DNA of 64,000 nucleotides, taken from the IMG/VR virus record IMGVR_UViG_3300050821_020196, positions 6,527 through 70,526 of that record; one strand, given 5' to 3'. Shown piece after piece: positions 41,501-51,920 of this stretch. This stretch comes from a virus. The position numbers and the translations under genes are program-made. The notes beneath the pieces were generated by a model. The model had not been told where the DNA came from, ran no database searches, and saw only the letters and a program-made list of their open reading frames with translations. Within the stretch, counting starts at the first letter, position 1; the number at the start of each line of letters is the position of its first letter.

Positions 41501-41573
41501 CGACCCTAACGGGATTCGAACCCGTGTTACCGCCGTGAAAGGGCGGTGTCCTGGGCCACTGGACGATAGGGTC
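41501..41573 (-). tRNA. tRNA-Glu (TTC), no encoded CCA
   Basis: Cloverleaf GACCCTA...CTTTCAC...GGTTCGAATCC...TAGGGTC G. Confidence 0.97.
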
Positions 41574-41732
41574 GTTCAGGGAGAGCGGAATATGGCAGTA
41601 AGAGCAGGGTGCGCAAGCGAAAAGTGCGCCGGCACCCTGCAGGCCGCGCCGGAGCGACAAACCCGAACTTGCATTCACGATCCGTTAACTCTGCTGCTCC
41701 CAAACTCCTGACTCCCGGCTCCTGACTCCTGA

Positions 41733-43034
41733 TCACTGCTTTGCCCGTTTCGCAATGATCATGGACGCAGTACGTCGTATCGCCCCCTGGTGTTGAGCCA
41801 TTGCTCTAGAGGCGCGTGCCACCAAGGCGGAGGCAGCCGATGGATTTCGCAGCAAATCCGCGAGCGTCGAGACAAGAGCGTCGGCAGAATGCAGCTGAAC
41901 TATCCCTCCGGCTTTTCGCAGTTCATCTACGATGTATTGAAAATTCTCCATGTGTGGGCCCACCACCACCGGCTTGCTGGCCAGGATCGGTTCAACCGGA
42001 TTCTGTCCCCCTTTGCCGTAGAAGCTTTTGCCAACGACCACCACCGTCGCCGTGGAATACCAATCCCGGAGTTCTCCGGTCGTGTTGACCAGTAAGACAG
42101 ACGGATCATGCCGGAAATCCGGTTCGGAACGCAGAGTGAAGCGGACGTTTCGGGCTCGCAGGAGTTGCGCGATCTCAGGGGTTCGTTCGACGTGGCGTGG
42201 AACCAGGATGAGAAAGAGTTGAGGGAATTCAGTCAAAAGCAATTGAAACCCTGAGAGCAGCAGATCCTCTTCGCCGGGATGCAGACTGCCACCCAGCAGG
42301 ATCGGGCGGGCCGCTTTCACCCCGTGTTGTTCCAGCCAGCGAGAAAAGCGCAAGTCGATTCCGGCCGCCAAATTTTCCGTGTCATATTTCATGCTCCCGG
42401 TCACGGTGATGCGACTGGCAGGCACGCCAACCCGTTTCCAGCGTTCGGCGTCGACTGGATCTTGCGCACAGAGGGTCGTCAGATTCTGCCAGAAAAGAGT
42501 CTGCGCGATATTTCGTAGCTTGATGTAGCGCTGTTCTGACCGTCGCGAAAGTCGGGCATTTGCCAGGTATACAGGGGATCGGTGCTCCTTGGCCAAAGCC
42601 AGAAATGAAGGCCATAAATCGGAGTCAATCAGGATCGCTTCATGCGGCCGGATCTTTTGCCAGCAGGCTTTTACAATAGGGTAGAAGTCGATCGGATTAT
42701 AAATGATTTCGATCCATGGCCGGTTTTCGCTTCGCTGTTGTCCCAGTGCGAATCCCGTCGAAGTGGTGGTTGAAATGACCGCCTTAAAATCGGGAAATTG
42801 CCGCTTAAGTTCTTCAATCAGGCGAAGCGCCATCACGATTTCTCCGACACTGACGGCGCGAATCCAGGTCCATCCGCCTTCAGCAAATCGGTCAGCCAAT
42901 CCTTTCGGGTAAACGCCGAACCGTTGCGTAAAGCTCCGGAGGTAGCCGCCGCGCCTGAGCATCCGTCTCAGGTAGAATGGGAAGGAAACGAGGAGCGCAA
43001 GCGGCAGCAGAATATTGTAGAGGATTAACAGCAT
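41733..43034 (-). CDS. waaA: 3-deoxy-D-manno-octulosonic acid transferase
   Basis: AVSVGE, NARLS, VPRHVER, GGQNPVEP, GPHMENF; ATG overlaps the rsmD stop. Confidence 0.92.
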   Translation of the reverse strand: MLLILYNILLPLALLVSFPFYLRRMLRRGGYLRSFTQRFGVYPKGLADRFAEGGWTWIRAVSVGEIVMALRLIEELKRQFPDFKAVISTTTSTGFALGQQRSENRPWIEIIYNPIDFYPIVKACWQKIRPHEAILIDSDLWPSFLALAKEHRSPVYLANARLSRRSEQRYIKLRNIAQTLFWQNLTTLCAQDPVDAERWKRVGVPASRITVTGSMKYDTENLAAGIDLRFSRWLEQHGVKAARPILLGGSLHPGEEDLLLSGFQLLLTEFPQLFLILVPRHVERTPEIAQLLRARNVRFTLRSEPDFRHDPSVLLVNTTGELRDWYSTATVVVVGKSFYGKGGQNPVEPILASKPVVVGPHMENFQYIVDELRKAGGIVQLHSADALVSTLADLLRNPSAASALVARASRAMAQHQGAIRRTASMIIAKRAKQ

Positions 43035-43591
43035 CAGCCGGGGAGTTTCTTGTGAATACAAAATAGCAGTTTGGTGGCGCCGTATTTTTTGGCTCGAATA
43101 ATCTCCCAAAACCGTGAAGCGCTGACTTCCTTGATCGGTGAACATTCAAGGACCACAAGACCTTCGGGTTCGACGGCGGCCACCAGAAATTTGTCTTCTA
43201 AAAGTTCTCCGGCAATATCTCGGTCACCGGCTTTTTTGGCATAGGGCGGATCAGCAAACACCAACCGATATCGTTCCTGATGCTTTTCTAGAAACCGAAA
43301 AGCGTCGTCCCGAAACACTTTGCCGTCGAGTTTTGTTCTGGCAAGGTTTGATCGAATCGCTTCGATGGACTTCGGGTGGTCATCCACGAAAACAGCATCA
43401 GCGGCGCCTCGGCTCAATGCTTCAATTCCGTACCCGCCGCTTCCGGCGAAAAGATCAAGAACGTGTGCGCCAATAACGAAGTCTCCGAGGGCCGAAAAAG
43501 CGGCTTCTCGCACCCTATCCATGGTCGGACGCAAATCGTGGGCCGGAGTTTTTAACAGGATACCGCCAGCCGACCCGGCAATGACTCTCAT
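43034..43591 (-). CDS. rsmD: 16S rRNA m2G966 methyltransferase
   Basis: MRVIAG, RPTMDRVRE, LDLFAGSG, DPPY. Confidence 0.93.
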   Translation of the reverse strand: MRVIAGSAGGILLKTPAHDLRPTMDRVREAAFSALGDFVIGAHVLDLFAGSGGYGIEALSRGAADAVFVDDHPKSIEAIRSNLARTKLDGKVFRDDAFRFLEKHQERYRLVFADPPYAKKAGDRDIAGELLEDKFLVAAVEPEGLVVLECSPIKEVSASRFWEIIRAKKYGATKLLFCIHKKLPG

Positions 43592-43848
43592 AAGGAGCCA
43601 CGGAACGCAATCCGTTGTCGTCCTCCGGCGCACGGATACCTTGGCTTGTGTGCGAGAAAAAATCGCAATGTAGAAAGCATGGCACAGAGGTCACAGAGGG
43701 GGGATGTGATCGCCGGCCCGAGAATTCTGTTGATAACACCGTGACCTCCGGACGAGATCGCCAGTGAAACGACCTGATTTGTTGCGTCGATCACAGCGGG
43801 AACGATCAGCTTCGCAGACGACGAGCACAAGAATGAACTGCGGCCACG

Positions 43849-45501
43849 TCAACCGTTTGAGGGTCTTCCGGCTCGCTCGGGACCAGATGGCACCCGATCA
43901 CGCCGCTTCTCTTTGTGGTCCGGGTGGAAAAGCTTTTTCATTAGTTTGCTTTTGTCGCCGATGATCCTCTCAAAGAGATCGGTCTGCGGCTTCAGCACCG
44001 ATCCAGTGACCTGAAAATCGAGATACCGCCCATCCCCATCCTTTGATTTTGCAAAATTTTCTTCCAGTTCATTCGGAATTTTCTGGCTGAGAAATTGGCT
44101 GACCGTTAAACGACCGTTCAGGTCAAGTTTTTGCGCAGATTCGACTTTTCCCCAGAGGTTCACTTGAACGTTTTTTGAGATCAACTGCAACGAATCGACT
44201 TTGATGTCTTGCCCGACCACGCTGAATTTCGAGAGAGCCTGTTCGAGCTCAAGTCGTTGCAATTCGTCGATCCGAGTCCACCGTCCGAGCTCTTTCAGTA
44301 CCGGGTATTGATCGAGGTAGCCCGTTTTGATCTCCAGACTGCCATCGCCCGAGGCGAGCGACGGATTTTTCATGAACCCTGCCAGCTGAAAATTCCCTTG
44401 CAGAGTACCGTGCGCCCGATCAAGGATCCCTCCGGCCCGGCTGCTAATTTCATTGATATTCACATCAGCCACCTGAGCGTGCAGCTGATACGGTATTTGG
44501 GAGTTGGTCAGATCCGCATGAAAACTCCCGTGGATTTCGCCTCCGGAAATTTGTGCGGTGATGTCCTCCAAATCGAGGGCCCCGTTGGAACACTTCACCG
44601 GCGAGGCTACATCTTCCACATTAATCGAATCTCCAATGGCCGCGCTCGAAATCCGCACTTTCCCGACATATTCCCCTTTGTGCGATTGCACGAATCCTTC
44701 GACGTCGCGTAGGGTTGCTGCCGGAACGCCTTTCGCCCCTAATAAGTAAATCGTGATATTCCGAATCTTAAACTTCCGAATCTCCACCCAAAAGCTTCCC
44801 GGGATGCCATTCTCGGCGGGCGAGGCCTTTCCGGGTCGAGCAGCCCCAGTGACCAGGTCCGCTTTGGTGGGAGACGATTTGCCGGAATTCGCTGGAGGGA
44901 TCGGCCGGACCACAGGGGCTTCCTCCGCTTCTTCATTTGACTCGGGCCGGCCGGCGGTCGGAATTCGGAACTCCGCTCCGCTCAAAATTACTTGGCGGAC
45001 GATCAGTTTGCGCCGGAAAAGCGGCAGATAATTGCACTGGATCCAAAGGTCTTGCGCTTTCATGACCGGATAGTCCGCAGACGGATCCTGAACCGAAACA
45101 TCCTCCAGATGAAAGCCGCTCCAGGGCGTGAAACTGATGCGAAAAACGGAAACCGGATAGCCGAGATTTTCGCTAACGATTTCTCGCAGTCTTAGCTGAG
45201 TGTCGGGAGATTGAACATAAAGGTTAATGGCCAGCAATCCTAGTCCGACCAGGCCGCCTATCGCGACAACAACAATCAGCACCGGCTGGACAATGCGTTT
45301 CACTCCACCGTGGAAAACGCCCGCGGTAGAGCTCGAGAGAAATTCCCTAATCGACGAGAACAAGGTCTGGATTCTTTTGAATCCAATCGGTTCGGCCGTC
45401 AGGGACGCGAATCTTTCACGCAGCGCCCAAAACCAGTCACGGAGCTGACCGAGGACTTTTCTACCGAATATAGATTGAAAGCGCAAGAGACAGAATGTCA
45501 A
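43849..45501 (-). CDS. AsmA-like family protein (start uncertain)
   Basis: N-terminal TM, beta-rich body, C-terminal DFQVTGSVLKP. Confidence 0.7.
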   Translation of the reverse strand: MTFCLLRFQSIFGRKVLGQLRDWFWALRERFASLTAEPIGFKRIQTLFSSIREFLSSSTAGVFHGGVKRIVQPVLIVVVAIGGLVGLGLLAINLYVQSPDTQLRLREIVSENLGYPVSVFRISFTPWSGFHLEDVSVQDPSADYPVMKAQDLWIQCNYLPLFRRKLIVRQVILSGAEFRIPTAGRPESNEEAEEAPVVRPIPPANSGKSSPTKADLVTGAARPGKASPAENGIPGSFWVEIRKFKIRNITIYLLGAKGVPAATLRDVEGFVQSHKGEYVGKVRISSAAIGDSINVEDVASPVKCSNGALDLEDITAQISGGEIHGSFHADLTNSQIPYQLHAQVADVNINEISSRAGGILDRAHGTLQGNFQLAGFMKNPSLASGDGSLEIKTGYLDQYPVLKELGRWTRIDELQRLELEQALSKFSVVGQDIKVDSLQLISKNVQVNLWGKVESAQKLDLNGRLTVSQFLSQKIPNELEENFAKSKDGDGRYLDFQVTGSVLKPQTDLFERIIGDKSKLMKKLFHPDHKEKRRDRVPSGPERAGRPSNG

Positions 45502-45754
45502 TCAGTTAGCCGCGATTTTACGCTAAAATTCCAGCGATATCGGAAAGGTTTGTCCATCAGGCATTCTAAATAACTTCGGCCGGTTGAGGTTACTTTCGGT
45601 GCTGATAAAGTAGTCTGCGGGCGCAGCGCTGTCTCGAATAGTTTTTAAGGCCGGTTAGACATAAGTCTCAAGCCTGTTTTCGGTGCACCTAGCGCCAATG
45701 TTCCCTGGACCCCGAGGAAGACAGCTTGGCCTCAAGAAGCTATCTTTCGTCTCG

Positions 45755-48445
45755 ATGGCCGAAATTGATGCCCCCAAGTTAGTGGAAGACCTTTGGGATC
45801 CGTCCGCAGGGCGCAAGGTATGGGGAAGACTGGTTTCCGCAAATCAAGACATGGCGCAAGCGCTGATCGCTTCTCCCGACCGCGCTAGTGCGATCTTGAA
45901 CTTTTTGATTTTTTCTCCGATCTCGGTGGAGAAAATCTGCCGGCGGCCAGAGCTATTGGATTGGTTGAGTCACTCTGACGTGAAAAATCCGAAGGCGACT
46001 TCCCGGCCAAGCTGGCAGGGTGACAGGTCGGATCTTTCGTTTCGCGATCTCAGGCTCTGGAAATCTCAGGAAATGCTTCGAATCGCTTTTCGGGATATCA
46101 GCGGGCTGGCCGGGTTTGCCGAAACGACGCGAGATATCACGGCGGTCGCCGAGCGTTGCGTCTCCGAGGTCTATGCGACCTGTTTCGAAAACCTGGCCGG
46201 CAAACGAGGCCGGCCGGAGACTGGTTTCTGCATTTTAGCCATGGGCAAATTTGGCGGTACTGAGCTGAACTACAGCTCGGATATCGATGTTATTTTCTTT
46301 TACGGCGACGAAGGAAATGTCAGTTCCCGATTGACCCACCACGAGTTTTTTACGCGTTTGGCCGAGAGCATCATTCGGATTTTCTCGGCCACGGCGGATC
46401 CTTTGTTTCGGATTGACGTCCGCCTTCGGCCCGAAGGTGGAAACGGACCGCTGGTTCGATCGCTGGCCAGCATGGAGAATTATTACGCCGGATACGGTGA
46501 GACGTGGGAACGGATGGCTTTGATCAAGGCGCGGGGTGTGGCTGGAGACAATGAACTGCTCTACGAGTTCAACCAACGATTGCAGCCTTTTATTTTTCCA
46601 CGAATCGTTTCTGCCGATCTGTTGGACGAAATTGCGGCGGTCAAAGTTCGGATCGAAAGAGACGTTGTCGGTCCTGCGGAGCTCCACCGTAACGTGAAAC
46701 TAGGATTTGGAGGCATTCGGGAAATTGAGTTTATCTTGCAAACCTTGCAGCTTTTGCACGGAGCTAGAAATGCCTTCCTGCAGGAGCGAAACAGTCTCAA
46801 AACTCTGGTTGCGTTGGAGCAGTTGAATATCCTTCCGCCGAACGAAGTGCGCCTGCTCCGTGACGCTTACATTTTTCTGCGGTCGGTCGAGCATCGTTTG
46901 CAAATCCAAAACGAGCAACAGACGCACACCTTGCCGGCTCGCAGAGAGGCCTGGCTCGGAATTGTCCGTACTCTTGGGTATGACCAGGCGCCCCCTTTCG
47001 CAGAAGCCTTGCAATCGCATACCTCAGCGGTGCGGTCGGTTTTTGACCGGTTGCTGAAAAGTAGCGAAGCGAGATCGAAAGAATCATCGCGTGATCTTTC
47101 CGGCTTTCGCGATCCCGAACGCGCTGTGCGCGCATTGACGGCGTTGCGCGAAGGACCTTCCGCCGTCCATGTGGCACCTCGAACTCGGCGTCTCTTTGCA
47201 AAGCTTGAGCCGGAATTGCTGGCCTGGTGTGCGCGGGTGGCTGAACCGGATGCCGCGTTGAATCGTTTGGTTCGTTTTGTCGAGGCCTACGGCACTCGAG
47301 GGCTGCTTTTTGAAACGATGCTGGCCAACCCAAAATTGCTGGAGTTGCTGGTACGCCTTTTTGACGCCAGCGCCATTTTCAGCGACGTAGTGATCCGGCG
47401 CCCCCAGCTGATTGAGGAGATAACGCGTGGCAAGACGCTTGGATTGTCGATTTCCAAAGAGCAGTTTCTGGAGGATCTCAGACGCAACGAAGAGAAATTG
47501 GCGCCGCTCGTCTGGGTCCGCGTCTATCGAAGCAGCGCGGTGGTCCGAATTCTTCTGCGGGATATCCTCGGAATGGCTTCTCAGGAAGAGCTGCAGTTTG
47601 AGATGACGAACCTGGCCGAGGCCTGCTTGGTTTATTGTTGCCGGCAACTGGCCAGACCAGACCAGATTTCGGTGCTCGCCTTGGGAAAATTTGGAGGTCG
47701 CGAACTGCTCTATGGAGCCGACCTGGATCTGGTTTTCGTTGGAAATGAGGTCAGCGCCGGTGAGCAATTGATTCAAGCGATGGGAGCAAAAACGGCGGAA
47801 GGCGTCGCCTTTCCGCTGGACGGACGTCTGCGACCAGACGGTGAAAAAGGCGTGCTGGTCACGCCGCTGGCCGCATATCGAGAATATTTCGATCAACGGG
47901 CGCACTTTTGGGAAGCGCAAGCCCTGACCAGGGCTCGTGCCGTGTACGGACCCGAAGCGTCATCCCTGAATGCATCCGTCGGGGAAATCTGGACCCGCTG
48001 GAGCAGACAAGCCGATTTGAAATCGGAAGTTCAAAAAATGTATCGAAGGATCGTCAAGGAACGCGCCAAAGGGGACGATCTTCAACACTTCAAAACGGGA
48101 AAAGGTGGTCTGATTGGAATTGAATTCCTGGTTCAATATCTCCAGATGAAGCATCAGGTGCAGGAGACGAATACCCTTCGAGCCGTTGAGAAACTGACGG
48201 GTATTCTGGATCCACAAGAAAGTGTGCTCCTGCGTACCACCTACGGTTTTTTGCGCCGCATCGAATCAGTGTTGCGACGTGTTTCAAATAGCCCGATCTC
48301 TCAACTTCCCTCCGGTGCCGACGATCTGCGGGTATTGGCTATCCGGATGGGGTTTGCCAGTCAGGAGGAGTTTCTGGGCCAGTACGCCGCGCGACGGCGC
48401 GAAGTCGAGACAATCATCGAGAATCATTTTCAACCGCTGTCATAA
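45755..48445 (+). CDS. glnE: Glutamine synthetase adenylyltransferase
   Basis: Duplicated GKFGG.EL.Y.SD.D and RLRP.G domains; GGIREIEF. Confidence 0.93.
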   Translation: MAEIDAPKLVEDLWDPSAGRKVWGRLVSANQDMAQALIASPDRASAILNFLIFSPISVEKICRRPELLDWLSHSDVKNPKATSRPSWQGDRSDLSFRDLRLWKSQEMLRIAFRDISGLAGFAETTRDITAVAERCVSEVYATCFENLAGKRGRPETGFCILAMGKFGGTELNYSSDIDVIFFYGDEGNVSSRLTHHEFFTRLAESIIRIFSATADPLFRIDVRLRPEGGNGPLVRSLASMENYYAGYGETWERMALIKARGVAGDNELLYEFNQRLQPFIFPRIVSADLLDEIAAVKVRIERDVVGPAELHRNVKLGFGGIREIEFILQTLQLLHGARNAFLQERNSLKTLVALEQLNILPPNEVRLLRDAYIFLRSVEHRLQIQNEQQTHTLPARREAWLGIVRTLGYDQAPPFAEALQSHTSAVRSVFDRLLKSSEARSKESSRDLSGFRDPERAVRALTALREGPSAVHVAPRTRRLFAKLEPELLAWCARVAEPDAALNRLVRFVEAYGTRGLLFETMLANPKLLELLVRLFDASAIFSDVVIRRPQLIEEITRGKTLGLSISKEQFLEDLRRNEEKLAPLVWVRVYRSSAVVRILLRDILGMASQEELQFEMTNLAEACLVYCCRQLARPDQISVLALGKFGGRELLYGADLDLVFVGNEVSAGEQLIQAMGAKTAEGVAFPLDGRLRPDGEKGVLVTPLAAYREYFDQRAHFWEAQALTRARAVYGPEASSLNASVGEIWTRWSRQADLKSEVQKMYRRIVKERAKGDDLQHFKTGKGGLIGIEFLVQYLQMKHQVQETNTLRAVEKLTGILDPQESVLLRTTYGFLRRIESVLRRVSNSPISQLPSGADDLRVLAIRMGFASQEEFLGQYAARRREVETIIENHFQPLS

Positions 48446-48561
48446 ACGCGAGAAGCTTCTTGTGTTCGACTCGTGACTCTTCTGCCTAAACCTGAGAAAC
48501 CGGTGGAATCTGTGGTTCCAACTTCTTTGACTAAATCCGCTCTGCCTACCATTCTACACTT

Positions 48562-49548
48562 ATGAAATCCCCAGTGAAAGTTGCTGTGACCGGGGCTGCC
48601 GGTCAGATTGGTTATTCGCTCCTGTTTCGCATCGCTTCCGGTTCAATGTTCGGTCCGGATCAACCGGTTGAATTGAAGTTGATCGAAATTCCGGAAGCCT
48701 TGAAAGCTCTTGAGGGCGTCGTGATGGAGTTACAAGACTGTGCGTTTCCATTGATCACGAAACTCTCCCCGACCTCTGATCTCTCGGAAGGTTTTGGCGG
48801 TGTGGACTGGGCTTTGCTGGTCGGAAGCGTGCCTCGTAAGCAGGGGATGGAACGCAAGGATCTCCTGGGGATCAACGGGAAAATATTTATTGGTCAAGGG
48901 CGCGCCATCGAAAAGAACGCGGCTCCCGACGTCCGTGTCCTGGTGGTTGGAAATCCGTGCAACACCAATTGCCTGATCGCGATGAACAATGCGAAAGGCG
49001 TACCAGCCGACCGCTGGTTTGCCATGACCCGGCTAGATGAAAATCGCGCGAAATCACAGTTGGCGGCCAAGGCTGGGACCCACGTAACGGCGGTCACGAA
49101 TCTGGCGATTTGGGGGAACCATTCCGCGACTCAGTACCCGGATTTCTACAACGCGAAGATCAACGGCAAGCCGGTGCCCTCCGTCATTCCGGACGAGAAC
49201 TGGTTGCAAAACACCTTTATTCCCGTTGTCCAGCAGCGTGGAGCCGCCATTATCAAGGCAAGAGGCGCTTCTTCCGCAGCCTCCGCCGCCAATGCCGTGG
49301 TTGACACCGTTCATTCTCTGGTAACGCCGACACCCGAGGGTGATTGGCACAGTGTGGGAATCTGTTCAGATGGCAGCTACGGAGTGGAGGAGGGGATCAT
49401 CAGCTCTTTCCCGATCCGCACCGCCGGTAACAACGGCCGCGAAGTGGTGCAGAACGTGATGTTGAATAATTTCAGTCGCCACAAGATCGACGCCACGGTT
49501 GGCGAGCTCCTGGAAGAAAAAGCCCTGGTTGCAGAGCTTCTTGGATAG
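48562..49548 (+). CDS. mdh: Malate dehydrogenase
   Basis: [34 protein letters not shown]. Confidence 0.97.
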   Translation: MKSPVKVAVTGAAGQIGYSLLFRIASGSMFGPDQPVELKLIEIPEALKALEGVVMELQDCAFPLITKLSPTSDLSEGFGGVDWALLVGSVPRKQGMERKDLLGINGKIFIGQGRAIEKNAAPDVRVLVVGNPCNTNCLIAMNNAKGVPADRWFAMTRLDENRAKSQLAAKAGTHVTAVTNLAIWGNHSATQYPDFYNAKINGKPVPSVIPDENWLQNTFIPVVQQRGAAIIKARGASSAASAANAVVDTVHSLVTPTPEGDWHSVGICSDGSYGVEEGIISSFPIRTAGNNGREVVQNVMLNNFSRHKIDATVGELLEEKALVAELLG

Positions 49549-49825
49549 CCTCGAGATCGTGATTGTGCTCGTGCTGTTATCAGGCTTGATCGAGGCCGGT
49601 CGGAGGCGCCGCTAAAGGAAGCAATCGAGCACGCACGACTGACAAGGGAGAATTAACGTTCCTCCGCAACACACCTTCGGGTGAAGGACAACCAGAAACG
49701 GAGACCCCTGATTTCCCCTTTCTGCGAGGAAGCCGACGGCATCATCCCACTGAAAACTGGCAACTGACACTGACAACTTTGATTGACTCCTCCCGAACTC
49801 GTAATATCTTCCGCTCTCTCGAAAC

Positions 49826-49898
49826 GCACCGCTAGCTCAATTGGCAGAGCAAGTGACTCTTAATCACTGGGTTGTTGGTTCGATTCCAACGCGGTGCA
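49826..49898 (+). tRNA. tRNA-Lys (CTT)
   Basis: Cloverleaf GCACCGC...CTCTTAA...GGTTCGATTCC...GCGGTGC A. Confidence 0.97.
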
Positions 49899-50011
49899 GT
49901 TCGGCCTCCAGAGCCGATTCGCGGTCTATCAAGACCGCTGACTGATCATCCAATCAAGGGCATTCAGTGCCCCTTTAGTGCCTCAACATTGAGCGTCAAG
50001 GGGGAGGCACC

Positions 50012-50725
50012 ATGAAGCCGATCCCCACGCTATCCGAACTGGAAAGCGCAGTCGAGCGACACAATCTGTCGTTTGTCGAAGCTGGCGAGGCCTTGGCCGA
50101 GATCCGAGCTTTCCGCTTTACCGAAATGGAAGGGTCGGAGGCCGAGGAACGGTTTGAGCAGGTGACCAGTTTTAGCAGCTTCCGCAACTATTGCCTGGCC
50201 AAGTGGGGTCTACCCTTCCAGCGAGTCAGGCAGTTGATCAACGCAGCGGAAGTCTTCCGCCTTCTGGAAGCCAAGAGGTCAACGCCCGTTGACCCCCTCC
50301 CCAAGACCGAGTTCACCATTCGACCGTTGACCGCTTTACGAATGCCAAGCGGCGAATTCGATGCCGAAGGTGCGCATGCCGTCTGGAACAAGGTGGTGGC
50401 CATCTTTCTCGGTAACCCCAGCGCCAAGCAAGTCGGCTTGGCCGTTCAAGCTTACAAGGCAGGTCGGCTGGACGGCCTCAAGGAGGAGCCAGCGGAGCCC
50501 GAGCTAAAACAGGAACCCGCTCCAACACCCGAGATAGAGGAGCCCGAGCAGGAGGAGGAGCCGGAACCCGAATCCGAATATACGGAGGCGCAGACCAAAT
50601 TACGCGAGACGCTAGCTAGCACCTTAGCTAAGGTAGTTGCTAGAATACAAAAATCTGGGGAGCTAACTGACGCGCAGATCCGCAGGGTAGTGCGAGATGT
50701 TCTGGAGGAGATGGGAGCCGGCTAA
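50012..50725 (+). CDS. Phage DNA-binding-type hypothetical protein (DUF3102-like)
   Basis: GEALAEIR...FRNYC..KWG...RQLINAAEV. Confidence 0.6.
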   Translation: MKPIPTLSELESAVERHNLSFVEAGEALAEIRAFRFTEMEGSEAEERFEQVTSFSSFRNYCLAKWGLPFQRVRQLINAAEVFRLLEAKRSTPVDPLPKTEFTIRPLTALRMPSGEFDAEGAHAVWNKVVAIFLGNPSAKQVGLAVQAYKAGRLDGLKEEPAEPELKQEPAPTPEIEEPEQEEEPEPESEYTEAQTKLRETLASTLAKVVARIQKSGELTDAQIRRVVRDVLEEMGAG

Positions 50726-50789
50726 CATAGGTTAGGCGGTCACACAACGCGAGCGCTGAGAGGAGGGGAAGGAGATCTCCTTGGGCGCA

Positions 50790-50818
50790 TTGACAACAGA
50801 CTCAGACTATGTTATAGT
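50790..50818 (+). promoter_or_regulatory. Sigma70-type promoter, probably leaderless
   Basis: TTGACA-17 nt-TATAGT, 5 nt before ATG 50824. Confidence 0.75.
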
Positions 50819-50823
50819 ATTAG

Positions 50824-51051
50824 ATGGACCAACGATACCTAGACACTAGCGATTGGCCGAAACAGGCTAATCTGACCGACTGGGCTCGCCTCTTAGGGCT
50901 CTCCAAGAATACAATGTATAAATATGTGGGCAACGGGAAGCTGCACACTAGCAAGCAGTTTAATGGCATTCGCCTGGCCACCCGCGAGGCGATTATGGCC
51001 TGCTGGAACATCAAGCATCGGGAGGTTAAGTCAGCGGAGGCGCGGCGGTGA
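50824..51051 (+). CDS. Excisionase/AlpA-like HTH protein
   Basis: WARLLGLSKNTMYKYVGNGKL. Confidence 0.75.
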   Translation: MDQRYLDTSDWPKQANLTDWARLLGLSKNTMYKYVGNGKLHTSKQFNGIRLATREAIMACWNIKHREVKSAEARR

Positions 51052-51321
51052 AGACTCCCAAGGGGAAACTACAAGCAGCGCCCGTTCCCAGCAAGAATAA
51101 GCCTATTAGGGCAAAGAAGCGCGGGAGGCGAAAATGAAGGCCAAGCCCAGCGTTAATACCGTAATCCACAGGCTGGTTAGGGACCTAGGGCGCATTCCGG
51201 AGGAGGCTTGCGAGGGCCAGGCCTACTTTTACATCGAATGGGAGCAAGTCAGACATAGCCTACGCGAGAGGCTCCGAGAGCGTCTCGTGGAAGTATGGTG
51301 CTCGGATTCAGAGGATTAGCT

Positions 51322-51820
51322 ATGAATGAAAAGTGGCTACCGGTCGTAGGCTATGAAGAACTATACCTAGTTAGTAACTTAGGGAGGGTTATGAGAATAG
51401 CCAGCGACACGAGCAGGACTAAAAGGCCTATCGCTAGGCTCAAAACAAGGCAGGCTGCTGAAACCGACTCTCCATCGGAGATACCTAGTAGTGACTCTAT
51501 TTAAAGAGACCAAAAGGAGGCAGCGTTTTATTCACCACATAGTAGGAGACGCATTTATCGGTCCAAGGCCTGCGGGTTGCCTACTGCATCACAGAGATGA
51601 GGATAGAATGAATAACAATGTGGGAAACCTTAAATACCTAACACCAGCAAAGCACAGTCTGCTTCACAACGCAATAATCTCACAGGAGGAAGTGACAGAA
51701 ATCAGGACACTAGCAGCGGAAGGCGTGCGACAGTGTGACCTAGCCAAGTATTTTGGGATTAGCGGCGGACACATTCACAGTATCGTCAGAAATAAACGGC
51801 GACGGGGAGGACGAGGATGA
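51322..51820 (+). pseudogene. NUMOD4-HNH endonuclease, frameshifted near 51450
   Basis: WLPVVGYEELYLVSNLGRV, then in another frame IHHIV..AF...HRDEDRMNN..NL. Confidence 0.75.
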
Positions 51821-51920
51821 GAAACTATGACCGGTTCCCTTATCATTACTGGCTAATAGCTATAATAGCCTATGCCCTGGCATTAACGGCAGTTATAATC
51901 AGCCTAACCAAGGCGAAACT

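Noticed and set aside
41705-41732. ctcctga short repeats, and similar intergenic repeats at ~43683 and ~49560
   Set aside because: Look like ordinary short host intergenic repeats, too short and degenerate to assign
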